Below, piece by piece: positions 53,699 through 63,396 of a stretch of DNA of 64,000 nucleotides. Each line of letters opens with the position of its first letter. The first letter of the stretch is position 1. This DNA comes from Gammaproteobacteria bacterium. Its GTDB lineage: Bacteria > Pseudomonadota > Gammaproteobacteria > Arenicellales > Poriferihabitantaceae. A program made the position numbers and the translations under genes. The notes beneath the pieces are model-generated. The model saw only the letters and a list, made by a program, of their open reading frames with translations. It was not told where the DNA came from and did no database searches. The stretch covers positions 13,335 through 77,334 of the forward strand of contig JBLIOD010000006.1 of assembly GCA_047639475.1 (NCBI GenBank). Direction: 5' to 3'.

Positions 53699-54604
53699 AT
53701 GCAACGTCACTATCCTCCTCTTAGTACTTTACACGCGTTTCGAAGCGCAGCCCATTGCCTCTCTTTTACGCTTGCTGCTCAGGAACTGAGCGTCACCCAA
53801 GCTGCGATCAGCCATCAAATCAAATCCTTAGAGTCAAGCCTAGAGCAACGGCTCTTTGTTAGAGGAAACCGCTCCCTGCAGCTCTCAGATGCCGGCAAGC
53901 ACTTTTTGCCCTACGTCGATCAAATATTTGCAACGCTAGAAGAAGGCTTAGATCACTTAGCCAACAAACCAAAATTGGCACCCTTAACCGTTTCCCTTCT
54001 CCCCTCATTTGCTTCACGTTGGCTGGTGCCGCGGCTGGGTTTATTCTTACAACAGTTTCCAGAGGTTGATTTTCGACTCGCGCCCTCACGAGGGCTAACC
54101 AACTTTGCCACTGAGAACATCGACATCAGCATTCGTTACGGCTCAGGCAATTATCCAGGGCTAACCAGCATTCACCTATTAGAAGAAGATATTTATCCAG
54201 TGTGTTGCCCGAGCATCATGCAGGGCAAACATCCATTGCTTAATCCAAGTGATCTGAAACACCATGTTTTATTGCATGATGACGGCCACGGGGATTGGCA
54301 CAAATGGCTAGTAGAAGCCAAAGCAAGCGATGTAGACTCTTCCAAAGGTCCGGTTTATACTGATTCAGCGATGGCGGTCCAATCTGCACTAGAAGGCGAT
54401 GGTATCGCCCTTGCACGCAGTCAATTGGTCTTAGATGATTTGGCAAAAGGACGTTTAATTCGGCCTTTTGATATTTCACAGCCCACTGGGTTCTCCTATT
54501 TCATCGTCTACCCCGAAGAGCAAATACCTAACACAGCGATGCGCGCGTTTATTGGATGGTTACAACAACAAGCAAGAGAAAGTGAGATCAAGTATCGCAA
54601 TTAA
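53699..54604 (+). CDS. LysR-family transcriptional regulator (GcvA-like subgroup)
   Basis: wHTH PPLSTLHAFRSAAHCLSFTLAAQELSVTQAAISHQIKSLE plus a LysR substrate-binding domain. Confidence 0.9.
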   Translation: MQRHYPPLSTLHAFRSAAHCLSFTLAAQELSVTQAAISHQIKSLESSLEQRLFVRGNRSLQLSDAGKHFLPYVDQIFATLEEGLDHLANKPKLAPLTVSLLPSFASRWLVPRLGLFLQQFPEVDFRLAPSRGLTNFATENIDISIRYGSGNYPGLTSIHLLEEDIYPVCCPSIMQGKHPLLNPSDLKHHVLLHDDGHGDWHKWLVEAKASDVDSSKGPVYTDSAMAVQSALEGDGIALARSQLVLDDLAKGRLIRPFDISQPTGFSYFIVYPEEQIPNTAMRAFIGWLQQQARESEIKYRN

Positions 54605-54623
54605 TACCGTCTATCAATAAACG

Positions 54624-55152
54624 TTAAAGGCCGCCCGCAAGATCTAGAAAATTTCCCGTTGAAAACGAAGCCTTATCCGAAGCTAACCAATAAATAGCCT
54701 CAGCCACTTCGCTCGGTTGCCCCCCCCCGCTTCATAGTCACCTTGGCTTTCACTCTGTCAACTCGATTGGGTTCACCACCATCGGCATGCATCTCGGTAT
54801 AGATAAACACAGGACGAACGCAATTCACTCGAATTCCCTCTCCTGCCACCTCGACCGACAGCCCTTTGGTTAAGGTGTCGATCGCGTCTTTGGAAGCTGC
54901 ATAGTCAATATACTCATTGGGTGACCCACGGGTCGCAGCGCCAGATGAGACATTAATTATTGCCCCGCCATCGCCGCCCATTTTAGTGGACATACGTTTC
55001 ACCGCTTCACGGCAACATATAAAACTACCCGTTACATTGGCGTTGAATATCGCGTTAATTCTATCTGCGTTCAAATCCGCCAGCCGAGTTTGCGTTTTCA
55101 AAATACCCGCATTGTTAACCAATACTGAAACAGGACCTAACTCTTCGTCCAC
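54624..55152 (-). pseudogene. SDR-family oxidoreductase remnant (5'-truncated and frameshifted)
   Basis: It starts in mid-domain (…LVNNAGI…, catalytic YAASK present) with no TGxxxGxG Rossmann N-terminus. A C9 run on the plus strand (54720-54728, G9 in the gene) shifts the frame. With 8 G the reading continues MKRGGQPSEVAEAIYWLASDKASFSTGNFLDLAGGL*, a canonical SDR C-terminus ending at 54624. Confidence 0.75.
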
Positions 55153-55301
55153 TCACTTTATTTATTCGATTGAGCACATATGGCCGGGCGCGTATCCAAG
55201 TTGCCGCATAGACTGCAAGCAAGCCAATAGATATTTTCAACAAGAAGGTAATGCCCGCGAATATCTGCCCCAACACCAGACGGCCCAGGGCTGTTTCAAC
55301 C

Positions 55302-56237
55302 CTACTTTCTGTTTCGCAAATAGCGCTTTTTACGTTCCGCTTTTTTTGCCAATTTTTGGGCTTCTTTATCTTCCTTTTTGGCATTCATCTCCGCTAGTTC
55401 TAAACTGATCACATCTGGGTTTTCTAACGTCAGCCCCCCTAACACCCCAGAACGAATATCCTTAATGAATATGTTACAAGTGCGTTCGATATCAATTTTT
55501 CCGCCAGTCTTAATCGCGCCTCTATAGGCCGCTATCGCTTGAATTAACCCATGATTATCTTCAGGCATGGTATCGAGCTTATAACGTTCGGCTAAACGCT
55601 CAGGATACAAATCTAACATTAGCTCTGCGGCGTAATAGGCCAAGGTATCGTAGTGCACTGCGGTGTCTTTTATAGCGCCAGTCACGCCCAAGCGTAAACC
55701 ACTATAACGGTTTTCAATGTTGGGCCAAAGCACGCCTGGCGTATCCAACAATAGAATATTATTTTCCAATTCAATGCGCTGTTGACGCTTGGTTACCGCA
55801 GGTTCATTGCCGGTTTTGGCAATCGTTTTACCACTGAGAGCATTAATAAGAGAAGATTTACCGACATTGGGGATACCCACTATCATTACACGGATCGGTT
55901 CTAAGCGATCCAGCTTGTGTGAGAATAGGCCTCTACACACACCAGTCAATTTTTTGACTTCGCCTTTACGATGCATCGTTATGGCGCGACTCGCTATTTT
56001 TTCATTCTCGCTAATATGCGCCAACCAAAGCTTGGTCATTTTGGGATCGGCCAAATCCGCCTTGGTCAGCACCTTCAATCCAGGTTTATCACCGCGCACT
56101 TGTTCTAGTACAGGATTTTGACTACTGTAGGGTATGCGTGCATCCAACACTTCGATAAACATATCCACCTTATTCAAGGTTTCTTTTATCTCTTTGATGG
56201 CCTTGTGCATGTGGCCGGGAAACCATTGGATATTCAT
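55302..56237 (-). CDS. ylqF: ribosome biogenesis GTPase YlqF/RbgA
   Basis: MNIQWFPGHMHKA..., circularly permuted GTPase motifs (LTKADL..., GIPNVGKSSLIN, DTPG). Confidence 0.9.
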   Translation of the reverse strand: MNIQWFPGHMHKAIKEIKETLNKVDMFIEVLDARIPYSSQNPVLEQVRGDKPGLKVLTKADLADPKMTKLWLAHISENEKIASRAITMHRKGEVKKLTGVCRGLFSHKLDRLEPIRVMIVGIPNVGKSSLINALSGKTIAKTGNEPAVTKRQQRIELENNILLLDTPGVLWPNIENRYSGLRLGVTGAIKDTAVHYDTLAYYAAELMLDLYPERLAERYKLDTMPEDNHGLIQAIAAYRGAIKTGGKIDIERTCNIFIKDIRSGVLGGLTLENPDVISLELAEMNAKKEDKEAQKLAKKAERKKRYLRNRK

Positions 56238-56355
56238 TGTGTGAATTACCTTATGAGCCTTTTAAGCTCGTCTTTAAAATAGTGCGCTACCCTACCCTAA
56301 ATCGCTTAAAATCAAAACCCAATTTACCCAGAACCTTGCCACCCAATTTGTTGTT

Positions 56356-57351
56356 ATGCAAACCGAATTCTTAGACAACTTTGCTCACAGAGCAAAACAA
56401 CAACCCCAAACGATTGTCTTACCTGAGGGCACCGACCCTCGCATTTTAGAGGCTGCTGCACACTGCGCCAGACAAGGCTTGGCTCGCCCCATCGCTTTAG
56501 GGATCAGTGATGAGATTAACGCCATATGCAAAACACAGGACATTGATCCTGATGGCATAACCATTGTTGATCCATGTCGCAACGAGCAGTCAGCGAGTTA
56601 CGCTGAACTACTCTATAAATTGCGTAAAGCCAAAGGCATGACCATGGAGCAAGCCAGTACCTTGATCACCCAACCCATCGTATTTGCCAATTGTATGGTC
56701 CGGGCGGGAGATGCAGACGGATGTGTAGCAGGTGCACAACATGCTACCTCAGATGTCGTACGTGCTGCGCTGCAAATAATTGGCGTAGCGCCAGGCGTAA
56801 AACTGGTGTCTAGTTTCTTTATCATGGTGCTTTCTGATGCTTGCGCTTCTCCCGTTGTGTTTGCCGACTGCGCGCTAAATATTGCGCCTAACGCCGAACA
56901 ACTTGCTGACATCGCTACATCCAGCGCTCAGAGTGCTGCGCAATTACTGGGATTTGACCCCAAGATCGCCATGCTATCGTTTTCCACCAATGCCAGCGCG
57001 GCACACCCCGAGGTTGATAAAGTGCGTAATGCCACTGCGTTAGTGAAAGAGCGACACCCTAGTTTACAGGTGATTGGTGACATTCAATTTGACGCGGCAT
57101 TTAGCGCCAAAACCTTGACCGGCAAGTGGCCTGAACCTGATTTCGATGCCCCAGCTAACGTATTTGTTTTCCCGAGCTTGGAAGCTGGCAATATTGGGTA
57201 CAAAATTGCCGAGCGACTAGGCGGCGCATTGCCAATTGGCCCGGTACTACAGGGTTTGAATCAACCCGTTAATGATTTGTCACGCGGTTGCGATGTTGCA
57301 GCGGTCATAAATACGATTATTGTCACCGCGGTGCAATCTCAACAACGATAA
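56356..57351 (+). CDS. pta: phosphate acetyltransferase (short PTA_PTB-only form)
   Basis: 331 aa, typical short Pta sequence (IVLPEGTDPRIL...AG..HAT.D..R..LQ...). No ackA gene is adjacent. Confidence 0.8.
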   Translation: MQTEFLDNFAHRAKQQPQTIVLPEGTDPRILEAAAHCARQGLARPIALGISDEINAICKTQDIDPDGITIVDPCRNEQSASYAELLYKLRKAKGMTMEQASTLITQPIVFANCMVRAGDADGCVAGAQHATSDVVRAALQIIGVAPGVKLVSSFFIMVLSDACASPVVFADCALNIAPNAEQLADIATSSAQSAAQLLGFDPKIAMLSFSTNASAAHPEVDKVRNATALVKERHPSLQVIGDIQFDAAFSAKTLTGKWPEPDFDAPANVFVFPSLEAGNIGYKIAERLGGALPIGPVLQGLNQPVNDLSRGCDVAAVINTIIVTAVQSQQR

Positions 57352-57375
57352 CGGTGATATGGCCCCCGCCCTTGC

Positions 57376-58122
57376 TTAGCTTACTTGCTCAGGGTCAATC
57401 TTCTCGAAGATAATATTATCGACGTATTTCCTGGCCGCTTTTAAACGACTAACGTTGTTAATCGTCCAACTGATCATCGGCATATTTTGTTTTCTAAAAC
57501 GCCGCATACGCCAATTAGGTAACATGTCTATTTCGTAGGAGATAAAATTTGGTCGGCTTTTGTAATTTAACAAACAATGCTGATAGACAAAACGTCGCCA
57601 AATGTTCAGTTCGCCGTCTAAGTAGCGCTCAGTATTTTGGCCACGCAACATATTCGGTCGGTTATTGGCAAACCACTCTAAGCGCAAAGGGTTAAAGGCA
57701 AGCAAGGCAAAATCGCCCCTGTAGTTATCTAACTCGTTCGCCACCGCAGCGTCTAAATCATCCGACCCCCCTTCTAAGCCTTTAATCTCAACCAGCACCG
57801 GCACCTTGCCACCGACCAGCTCTAACACCGTTGCCAAGGTTGGAATAGATTGGTCCGTTCCTTTTACCTTTAGTTTACCGAGTGCATGCGCAGTTTGATC
57901 TTTAGTTAAACCATCACCATTGGTCAAGTGCTCTAGGCGCTCATCGTGAAATACCATTACTTTCTTATCCCGGCTAAACTGAACATCTAACTCGATACCA
58001 TACCCTTTATCAATCGCTTGCTGAAAGGCTTGCAGGGTATTCTCAGGTGCGCCATCTTTATCATGCAAACCGCGATGGGCAAAAGGAATGTGAAACAGCC
58101 AGTGATCTTTAGCCAACTTCAT
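57376..58122 (-). CDS. glycerophosphodiester phosphodiesterase family protein
   Basis: GDPD motifs (FAHRGL...PENTL.AF..A...G.GIELDV...VFHD). Confidence 0.85.
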   Translation of the reverse strand: MKLAKDHWLFHIPFAHRGLHDKDGAPENTLQAFQQAIDKGYGIELDVQFSRDKKVMVFHDERLEHLTNGDGLTKDQTAHALGKLKVKGTDQSIPTLATVLELVGGKVPVLVEIKGLEGGSDDLDAAVANELDNYRGDFALLAFNPLRLEWFANNRPNMLRGQNTERYLDGELNIWRRFVYQHCLLNYKSRPNFISYEIDMLPNWRMRRFRKQNMPMISWTINNVSRLKAARKYVDNIIFEKIDPEQVS

Positions 58123-58132
58123 CTTATAAAAC

Positions 58133-59329
58133 TTATGCTGCCAATTGAATCACGTTTTTCATTGTCACTTGGCGTGCCTGTTCATCAACGTCGAGTACTG
58201 ACTCTAAACAGCGATCCGGACTATAGGCGATTGTTTGCATCGCGTTATCTACTAAGCGTGAGATTTCGGTATAACTAATTTGCTTATTCAAAAAAGCCTC
58301 CACCGCAACTTCATTGGCAGCACTCAAAATAGTTGGCATGGTGCCGCCTTGCTTGGCTGCTTGAGTAGATAACTTGAGCAAAGGGAATCGCTCTGCATCA
58401 GGTGCACTGAAGTCCAAGCGTGACAGCGCGATGAGGTCTAAAGAAGGCACACCAGATTCAATTCTATCTGGCCACCCCAACGCGTGCGCGATGGGAGTTC
58501 GCATATCAGGGCAACCCATTTGCGACAGAATAGACCCATCGACATATTCAACCATCGAATGGATGGCGCTTTGTGGGTGAATAACAATCTCGATTTTTTC
58601 GGGCGGTAATTGAAATAACGCACAGGCTTCGATCAGCTCCAAACCTTTGTTCATCATAGTCGATGAATCGACAGAAATCTTCTTGCCCATATCCCAATTC
58701 GGGTGGGCACAGGCTTGCTCAGGGGTTATTGCTGCAAATTCACTCAACGGTTTGGTTCTAAAGGGCCCGCCAGAGCCAGTGAGTATCAACCTCCTCACCC
58801 CCTTGGCCAGTAAATTATTGTCTTCGTGGGAATCTAGCTGGGTTGGCAAACACTGAAAAATTGCATTGTGCTCACTGTCTAACGGTAACAAGGTAGCCCC
58901 GGTGGTTTTAGCAAGGCTGACAATCTCATCACCTAACATCACCAAAGGTTCTTTGTTTGCAATCAACACTGTCTTTCCTGCTTCAACCGCGGCCAAGGTA
59001 GATAGTAAACCCGCTGCACCCACAATACCGCTGACGACGACGTTAACCTGTGCGTCACTCGCTAACTGACTCAAGGCGTCCACCGATTGCAATACTTGCG
59101 TTGCGCTATTGTGGCCTTTAAGCGCTGAGCGGAGTTGATTGGATGCAGTCAGGTCGGCCATAACTGCATAACTAGGTTGAAAAGCCAGGCATTGCACTAA
59201 CATCCCCTGCCAATCCGTGTTGGCACTTAGGCCAAAGCAAGCGAATCTATCGGGGTGTCGCCCGATAACGTCTAGTGTACTGACGCCAATTGAGCCAGTA
59301 GAGCCGAGGATGACGACATTACGCTTCAT
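58133..59329 (-). CDS. dxr: 1-deoxy-D-xylulose-5-phosphate reductoisomerase
   Basis: MKRNVVILGSTGSIGVSTLDV... The ATG overlaps the cdsA stop (TGATG). The start was trimmed from 59353. Confidence 0.95.
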   Translation of the reverse strand: MKRNVVILGSTGSIGVSTLDVIGRHPDRFACFGLSANTDWQGMLVQCLAFQPSYAVMADLTASNQLRSALKGHNSATQVLQSVDALSQLASDAQVNVVVSGIVGAAGLLSTLAAVEAGKTVLIANKEPLVMLGDEIVSLAKTTGATLLPLDSEHNAIFQCLPTQLDSHEDNNLLAKGVRRLILTGSGGPFRTKPLSEFAAITPEQACAHPNWDMGKKISVDSSTMMNKGLELIEACALFQLPPEKIEIVIHPQSAIHSMVEYVDGSILSQMGCPDMRTPIAHALGWPDRIESGVPSLDLIALSRLDFSAPDAERFPLLKLSTQAAKQGGTMPTILSAANEVAVEAFLNKQISYTEISRLVDNAMQTIAYSPDRCLESVLDVDEQARQVTMKNVIQLAA

Positions 59330-60120
59330 CAAATGAAGGCAATCAATGGCCAACAGAGTGCGAACAAAGGCAAACCTGCTATCAGTCCATCTACCCTATC
59401 CAACACCCCTCCATGCCCGGGAATCAGATTGCCACTGTCTTTCATATCAGCCGCACGTTTGAGTTTGCTCTCACTCAAGTCACCCACTACCGAAATCAAG
59501 CTCACCGCCACTGCCAACACCGCGACCAACCCATATTGCGCGGGTGAGCGTATGATAGAAATAGCAAAGTAACAATAAACCAAACTGATGATCGCTGAGC
59601 CTATTGCCCCGCAGGCTACGCCTTCCCAGGTTTTACCTGGGCTAATAGTCGGTGCTAGTTTGGTTTTACCATAACGCTTACCGCCGAAATACGCCAAGGA
59701 ATCTGAAGCCCATACCATTAATAAGGCCAGCAACAATAAACCAGGGCTAATTGCATGCAAAGAGGTGAAAGCCATCCACGCGAACCAGAGCGCAAATACG
59801 CCTTTGATTAAACTCCAGCTACTGGGAGTCACAACAGGCCTACCGAGCACCGCCGTCTGCCCAAGCCAGTAAATGACACCACTGGCAATAATCCAAAAGC
59901 TAGGAAGCTTCAGGTAATAAGTGACGTAGGCTAGCAAACTTAGTAACATCGCCGCGCGAATATAATCTTCTAACGACTGCTTCGCCATGGCACTCCATTC
60001 GCGCAGCCCAACTAACATTATAATTAATACAGCAAGTGCGAAGAGCTTACTAGGCAACAAGAAGATGCCTAACAAAGCCACAATGGCCATTATTACTCCT
60101 GAGATAATTCGAGTTTTCAT
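59329..60120 (-). CDS. cdsA: phosphatidate cytidylyltransferase
   Basis: 263 aa, multi-TM, with the CdsA signature SESKLKRAADMKDSGNLIPGHGGVLDRVD. Confidence 0.93.
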   Translation of the reverse strand: MKTRIISGVIMAIVALLGIFLLPSKLFALAVLIIMLVGLREWSAMAKQSLEDYIRAAMLLSLLAYVTYYLKLPSFWIIASGVIYWLGQTAVLGRPVVTPSSWSLIKGVFALWFAWMAFTSLHAISPGLLLLALLMVWASDSLAYFGGKRYGKTKLAPTISPGKTWEGVACGAIGSAIISLVYCYFAISIIRSPAQYGLVAVLAVAVSLISVVGDLSESKLKRAADMKDSGNLIPGHGGVLDRVDGLIAGLPLFALCWPLIAFI

Positions 60121-60122
60121 TG

Positions 60123-60869
60123 TTATTTTCCTTCTATGATTTGTTCACCGGTTTTACCGTAACGACGCTGTCGTCCCGCAAACCACTCTATCGCCTTATC
60201 TAATTGCGGCTCATCAAAATCGGGCCAATAAGTATCGGTAAAGTAAAGTTCGGCATAGGCGCATTGCCATAACAAGAAGTTACTAACTCGAACTTCACCA
60301 CCCGTTCTGATCAGTAAATCCGGATCGGGAATGTCCGCTGTACTCATTGCCGCAGACAGGGTACTTTCGTTAATGTCTTGTACCTCCAACTCTCCCTTTT
60401 GAACTCGGTCCGCAAGTTCGCGTGCCGCTTGCGCGATATCCCATCGACCGCCATAATTTATGGCAATGTTGAGATTTACACCCTCATTAGCGCTGGTCAA
60501 CTCAATGGCTTTGGCTATCTTGTTTTGCAGCCGTTTAGGAAACGCAGAAAGATCACCCAGAATGCCTAAGCGAATACCATTTTTGTGTAACCGCGCTAAA
60601 TCATCGCCCAATACATTGGCTAGCAATTCTAAAAGTAGTTTGACTTCGGTTGGTGGGCGATTCCAGTTTTCGCTACTAAAGGCAAATATCGTTAGGTGAG
60701 AAACACCCACCCTGGCACTGTGTTCAACAATGGTTCTGACTGATTCAACGCCTTGTCGATGGCCAAATACCCTGGGCTTATTGCGTTGTTTCGCCCACCG
60801 GCCATTACCATCCATAATGATGGCAATGTGTTGAGGGATCAACTTAGCGATGATTTCGTCCGAACTCAT
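60123..60869 (-). CDS. uppS: ditrans,polycis-undecaprenyl-diphosphate synthase
   Basis: HIAIIMDGNGRWA and LLIRTGGEVRVSNFLLWQ motifs. Confidence 0.95.
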   Translation of the reverse strand: MSSDEIIAKLIPQHIAIIMDGNGRWAKQRNKPRVFGHRQGVESVRTIVEHSARVGVSHLTIFAFSSENWNRPPTEVKLLLELLANVLGDDLARLHKNGIRLGILGDLSAFPKRLQNKIAKAIELTSANEGVNLNIAINYGGRWDIAQAARELADRVQKGELEVQDINESTLSAAMSTADIPDPDLLIRTGGEVRVSNFLLWQCAYAELYFTDTYWPDFDEPQLDKAIEWFAGRQRRYGKTGEQIIEGK

Positions 60870-60920
60870 TTGTTAGAAATTAGACGCTCACAATAACAAT
60901 AATAACTATTGTACTAAGGC

Positions 60921-61478
60921 CTAAACTTCCATTACTTCCTTTTGTTTTTTGTCTACTGCGGCGTCCATTTCCGCAACGTACTGGTCTGTTAAAGCTTGAA
61001 TCTGTGTTTGAGCTAGCTTTTCTTCGTCTTCAGAAATTTCTTTTTCTTTTTCCAAATCTTTCACTTGGCCAATGGCATCACGACGAATATTACGAATAGC
61101 AATTTTGCCATTCTCGCCTTCGTTCTTCACAATTTTGGTCATTTCAATGCGGCGCTCTTCTGTCATCGGCGGCAATGGAATGCGAATATGTTCGCCGGCA
61201 GTAACGGGATTTAATCCCAGATCAGATTCCATGATCGCCCTTTCAATAGCGGGCACCATGTTCTTCTCCCAAGGTTGAATAGACAAGGTTCTTGCATCCG
61301 CAACACCGACAGTTGCACACTGAGAGATCTGGGTTGGACTGCCATAGTAGTCAACCATAAGATGATCCAGTAAGCTGGTACTTGCCCGGCCTGTCCGAAT
61401 GCGTACAAATTCATTTTTGATAGCTTCAACGCTTTTACCCATGCGGGTCGTGGCTTCTTTTAGTATTTCGTCGATCAT
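60921..61478 (-). CDS. frr: ribosome recycling factor
   Basis: 185 aa from the ATG at 61478 (MIDEILKEATTRM...IRTGRASTSLLD...), the same length as E. coli RRF. The track start at 61490 is a TTG. Confidence 0.95.
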   Translation of the reverse strand: MIDEILKEATTRMGKSVEAIKNEFVRIRTGRASTSLLDHLMVDYYGSPTQISQCATVGVADARTLSIQPWEKNMVPAIERAIMESDLGLNPVTAGEHIRIPLPPMTEERRIEMTKIVKNEGENGKIAIRNIRRDAIGQVKDLEKEKEISEDEEKLAQTQIQALTDQYVAEMDAAVDKKQKEVMEV

Positions 61479-61650
61479 GGCTTTATCCAATTATTTTGTT
61501 GATATCTCAGCTTAACGTAGCAACCGACGGAAAAACTAGGCAAAACTTCGAGAAATAACGCAGTGATTGTCAGCCACATGCGCATCGTGATCGAGTTTGT
61601 CGATGCCTAGTTAATTTCCTTGGTCTAGCGCAGTAGTTATACTGTGACCT

Positions 61651-62367
61651 CTAGTTATGTACCAGTGTACCCACTGGCTGCCCCATTATAGCGCGCATCA
61701 AGTTGCCCTCCTCGTGAAAATTTAACACGCGAATAGGCATTTTATTTTCGCGGCATAGCGTCATGGCGGTGCTATCCATCACCCCCAATTGTTTATCTAT
61801 TGCCTCATCAAAACTCAACGTTTCGTAACGAGTAGCCTCTGGGTCTTTTTCTGGGTCAGCGGTATATACCCCGTCCACCCTCGTGGCTTTAATCATTAAT
61901 TGCGCACCTACTTCTAACGCGCGCAAACTTGCAGCTGTATCGGTAGTAAACAAAGGGTTGCCTGTACCCGCGGCGAAAATAACCACGCGATCGTTCTTGA
62001 GGTGTTTCAAAGCACGCGGACGAACATAGGGCTCTACCACACCTACAATATGCAAAGCAGACATCACCCTTGCAGGTTGACCGCAAGCCTCAAGCGCCTG
62101 TTGTAAAGATAAAGCATTCATTGCTGTCGCCAGCATACCAATGTAATCTGAACCAATGCGATCCATGCCTTTCGATGCCGCTTGCATGCCACGGAAGAAA
62201 TTACCGCCGCCCACAACAATAGCGAGTTGCACGCCAGTATCAACAATGGTTTTAATTTCGGCAGCGACAGAGGCGAGCATTTCTGCCTCAATACCGAACT
62301 TCGCATCCCCTGCTAATGACTCCCCACTTAACTTAAGTAATACTCTGTTATAAGCGGGTTTGGCCAT
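61651..62367 (-). CDS. pyrH: UMP kinase
   Basis: YNRVLLKLSGESL...VVGGGNFFRG motifs. Confidence 0.97.
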   Translation of the reverse strand: MAKPAYNRVLLKLSGESLAGDAKFGIEAEMLASVAAEIKTIVDTGVQLAIVVGGGNFFRGMQAASKGMDRIGSDYIGMLATAMNALSLQQALEACGQPARVMSALHIVGVVEPYVRPRALKHLKNDRVVIFAAGTGNPLFTTDTAASLRALEVGAQLMIKATRVDGVYTADPEKDPEATRYETLSFDEAIDKQLGVMDSTAMTLCRENKMPIRVLNFHEEGNLMRAIMGQPVGTLVHN

Positions 62368-62390
62368 GTTTAAATCCTTGGTTGTGTGTT

Positions 62391-62417
62391 GATCTGGCTC
62401 AGTAACTGAGCCAGATC
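62391..62417. other. perfect 12-bp stem / 3-nt loop hairpin in the tsf-pyrH spacer
   Basis: gatctggctcag-taa-ctgagccagatc. The T-run (attttt) follows it on the plus strand, while both flanking genes are on the minus strand. Confidence 0.6.
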
Positions 62418-62447
62418 ATTTTTCTCAAAAAACCAGTCTAGCCTACT

Positions 62448-63314
62448 CTAGGCTTTAGCAGCTTGCGCCATTACTTCAGCAACAAAATCATCTTCTTTCT
62501 TTTCAATGCCTTCGCCAACTTCGAATCGTTGAATCTGGGTCACGCTAGCACCGCCTTCTTTTAGTAACTGCTCAACTGATTGATCAGGGTTTTTAACAAA
62601 CGGCTGGCCCAGTAAGGTGTTCTCTTTCAAGAATTTCTTCATGCGGCCAACGATCATTTTCTCAATGATTTCGTCAGGCTTGCCACTTTCCTTAGCTTGA
62701 GCGATAAAGATTTCTTTTTCTTTCTCAAGCAATTCAGCTGGCATATCGGCTTCAGAGATACACGCTGGGTTGCTCGCCGCTGTATGCATTGCAATATCGC
62801 GCGCCAGCTCAGTGGTGCCGCCTTCTAGCCTAACGATAACGCCAATCTTAGCACCGTGCAGGTAAGCACCTAAAACGCCGCCATCGGCGGCAATCAGTTC
62901 AAAACGTCGAACGCTGATGTTCTCACCGATGGTAGAGATCAACGCTTGTCGCGCCGCTTCTACACCGCTAGCAGCCAGTGCGTCTAAATCAGCTGGTTTT
63001 CCCGTCAGTACCTTATTAGCTACATCGCTAGCAAAACCTTTAAATCCATCGTCTTTTGCAGCAAAATCTGTTTCAGAATTGATTTCAACAATGGCAATCG
63101 CCGAACCGTCTTCCGCTTCAGCACTCGCTATAACGCCTTCAGCCGCAATGCGGCCTGCTTTTTTAGCCGCTGCTGAAGCGCCCTTCTTGCGTAATCCTTC
63201 AATTGCCGCTTCGACGTCACCGTCTACTTCCGCCAATGCTCTTTTACAATCCATCATGCCAACGCCTGTGCGCTCGCGTAGTTCTTTAATAAGAGCTGTA
63301 GTTATTGCAGCCAT
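62448..63314 (-). CDS. tsf: translation elongation factor Ts
   Basis: MAAITTALIKELRERTGVGMMDCKRALAE... is the canonical EF-Ts N-terminus (UBA-like). Confidence 0.97.
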   Translation of the reverse strand: MAAITTALIKELRERTGVGMMDCKRALAEVDGDVEAAIEGLRKKGASAAAKKAGRIAAEGVIASAEAEDGSAIAIVEINSETDFAAKDDGFKGFASDVANKVLTGKPADLDALAASGVEAARQALISTIGENISVRRFELIAADGGVLGAYLHGAKIGVIVRLEGGTTELARDIAMHTAASNPACISEADMPAELLEKEKEIFIAQAKESGKPDEIIEKMIVGRMKKFLKENTLLGQPFVKNPDQSVEQLLKEGGASVTQIQRFEVGEGIEKKEDDFVAEVMAQAAKA

Positions 63315-63396
63315 AATAAAATCTCGTTTAGGTGTTCTTTAAAAATGTGTTTGTTGCAGCAGGCGCCATGTTAAAACGGCGCCTTACCGTGTCTAC

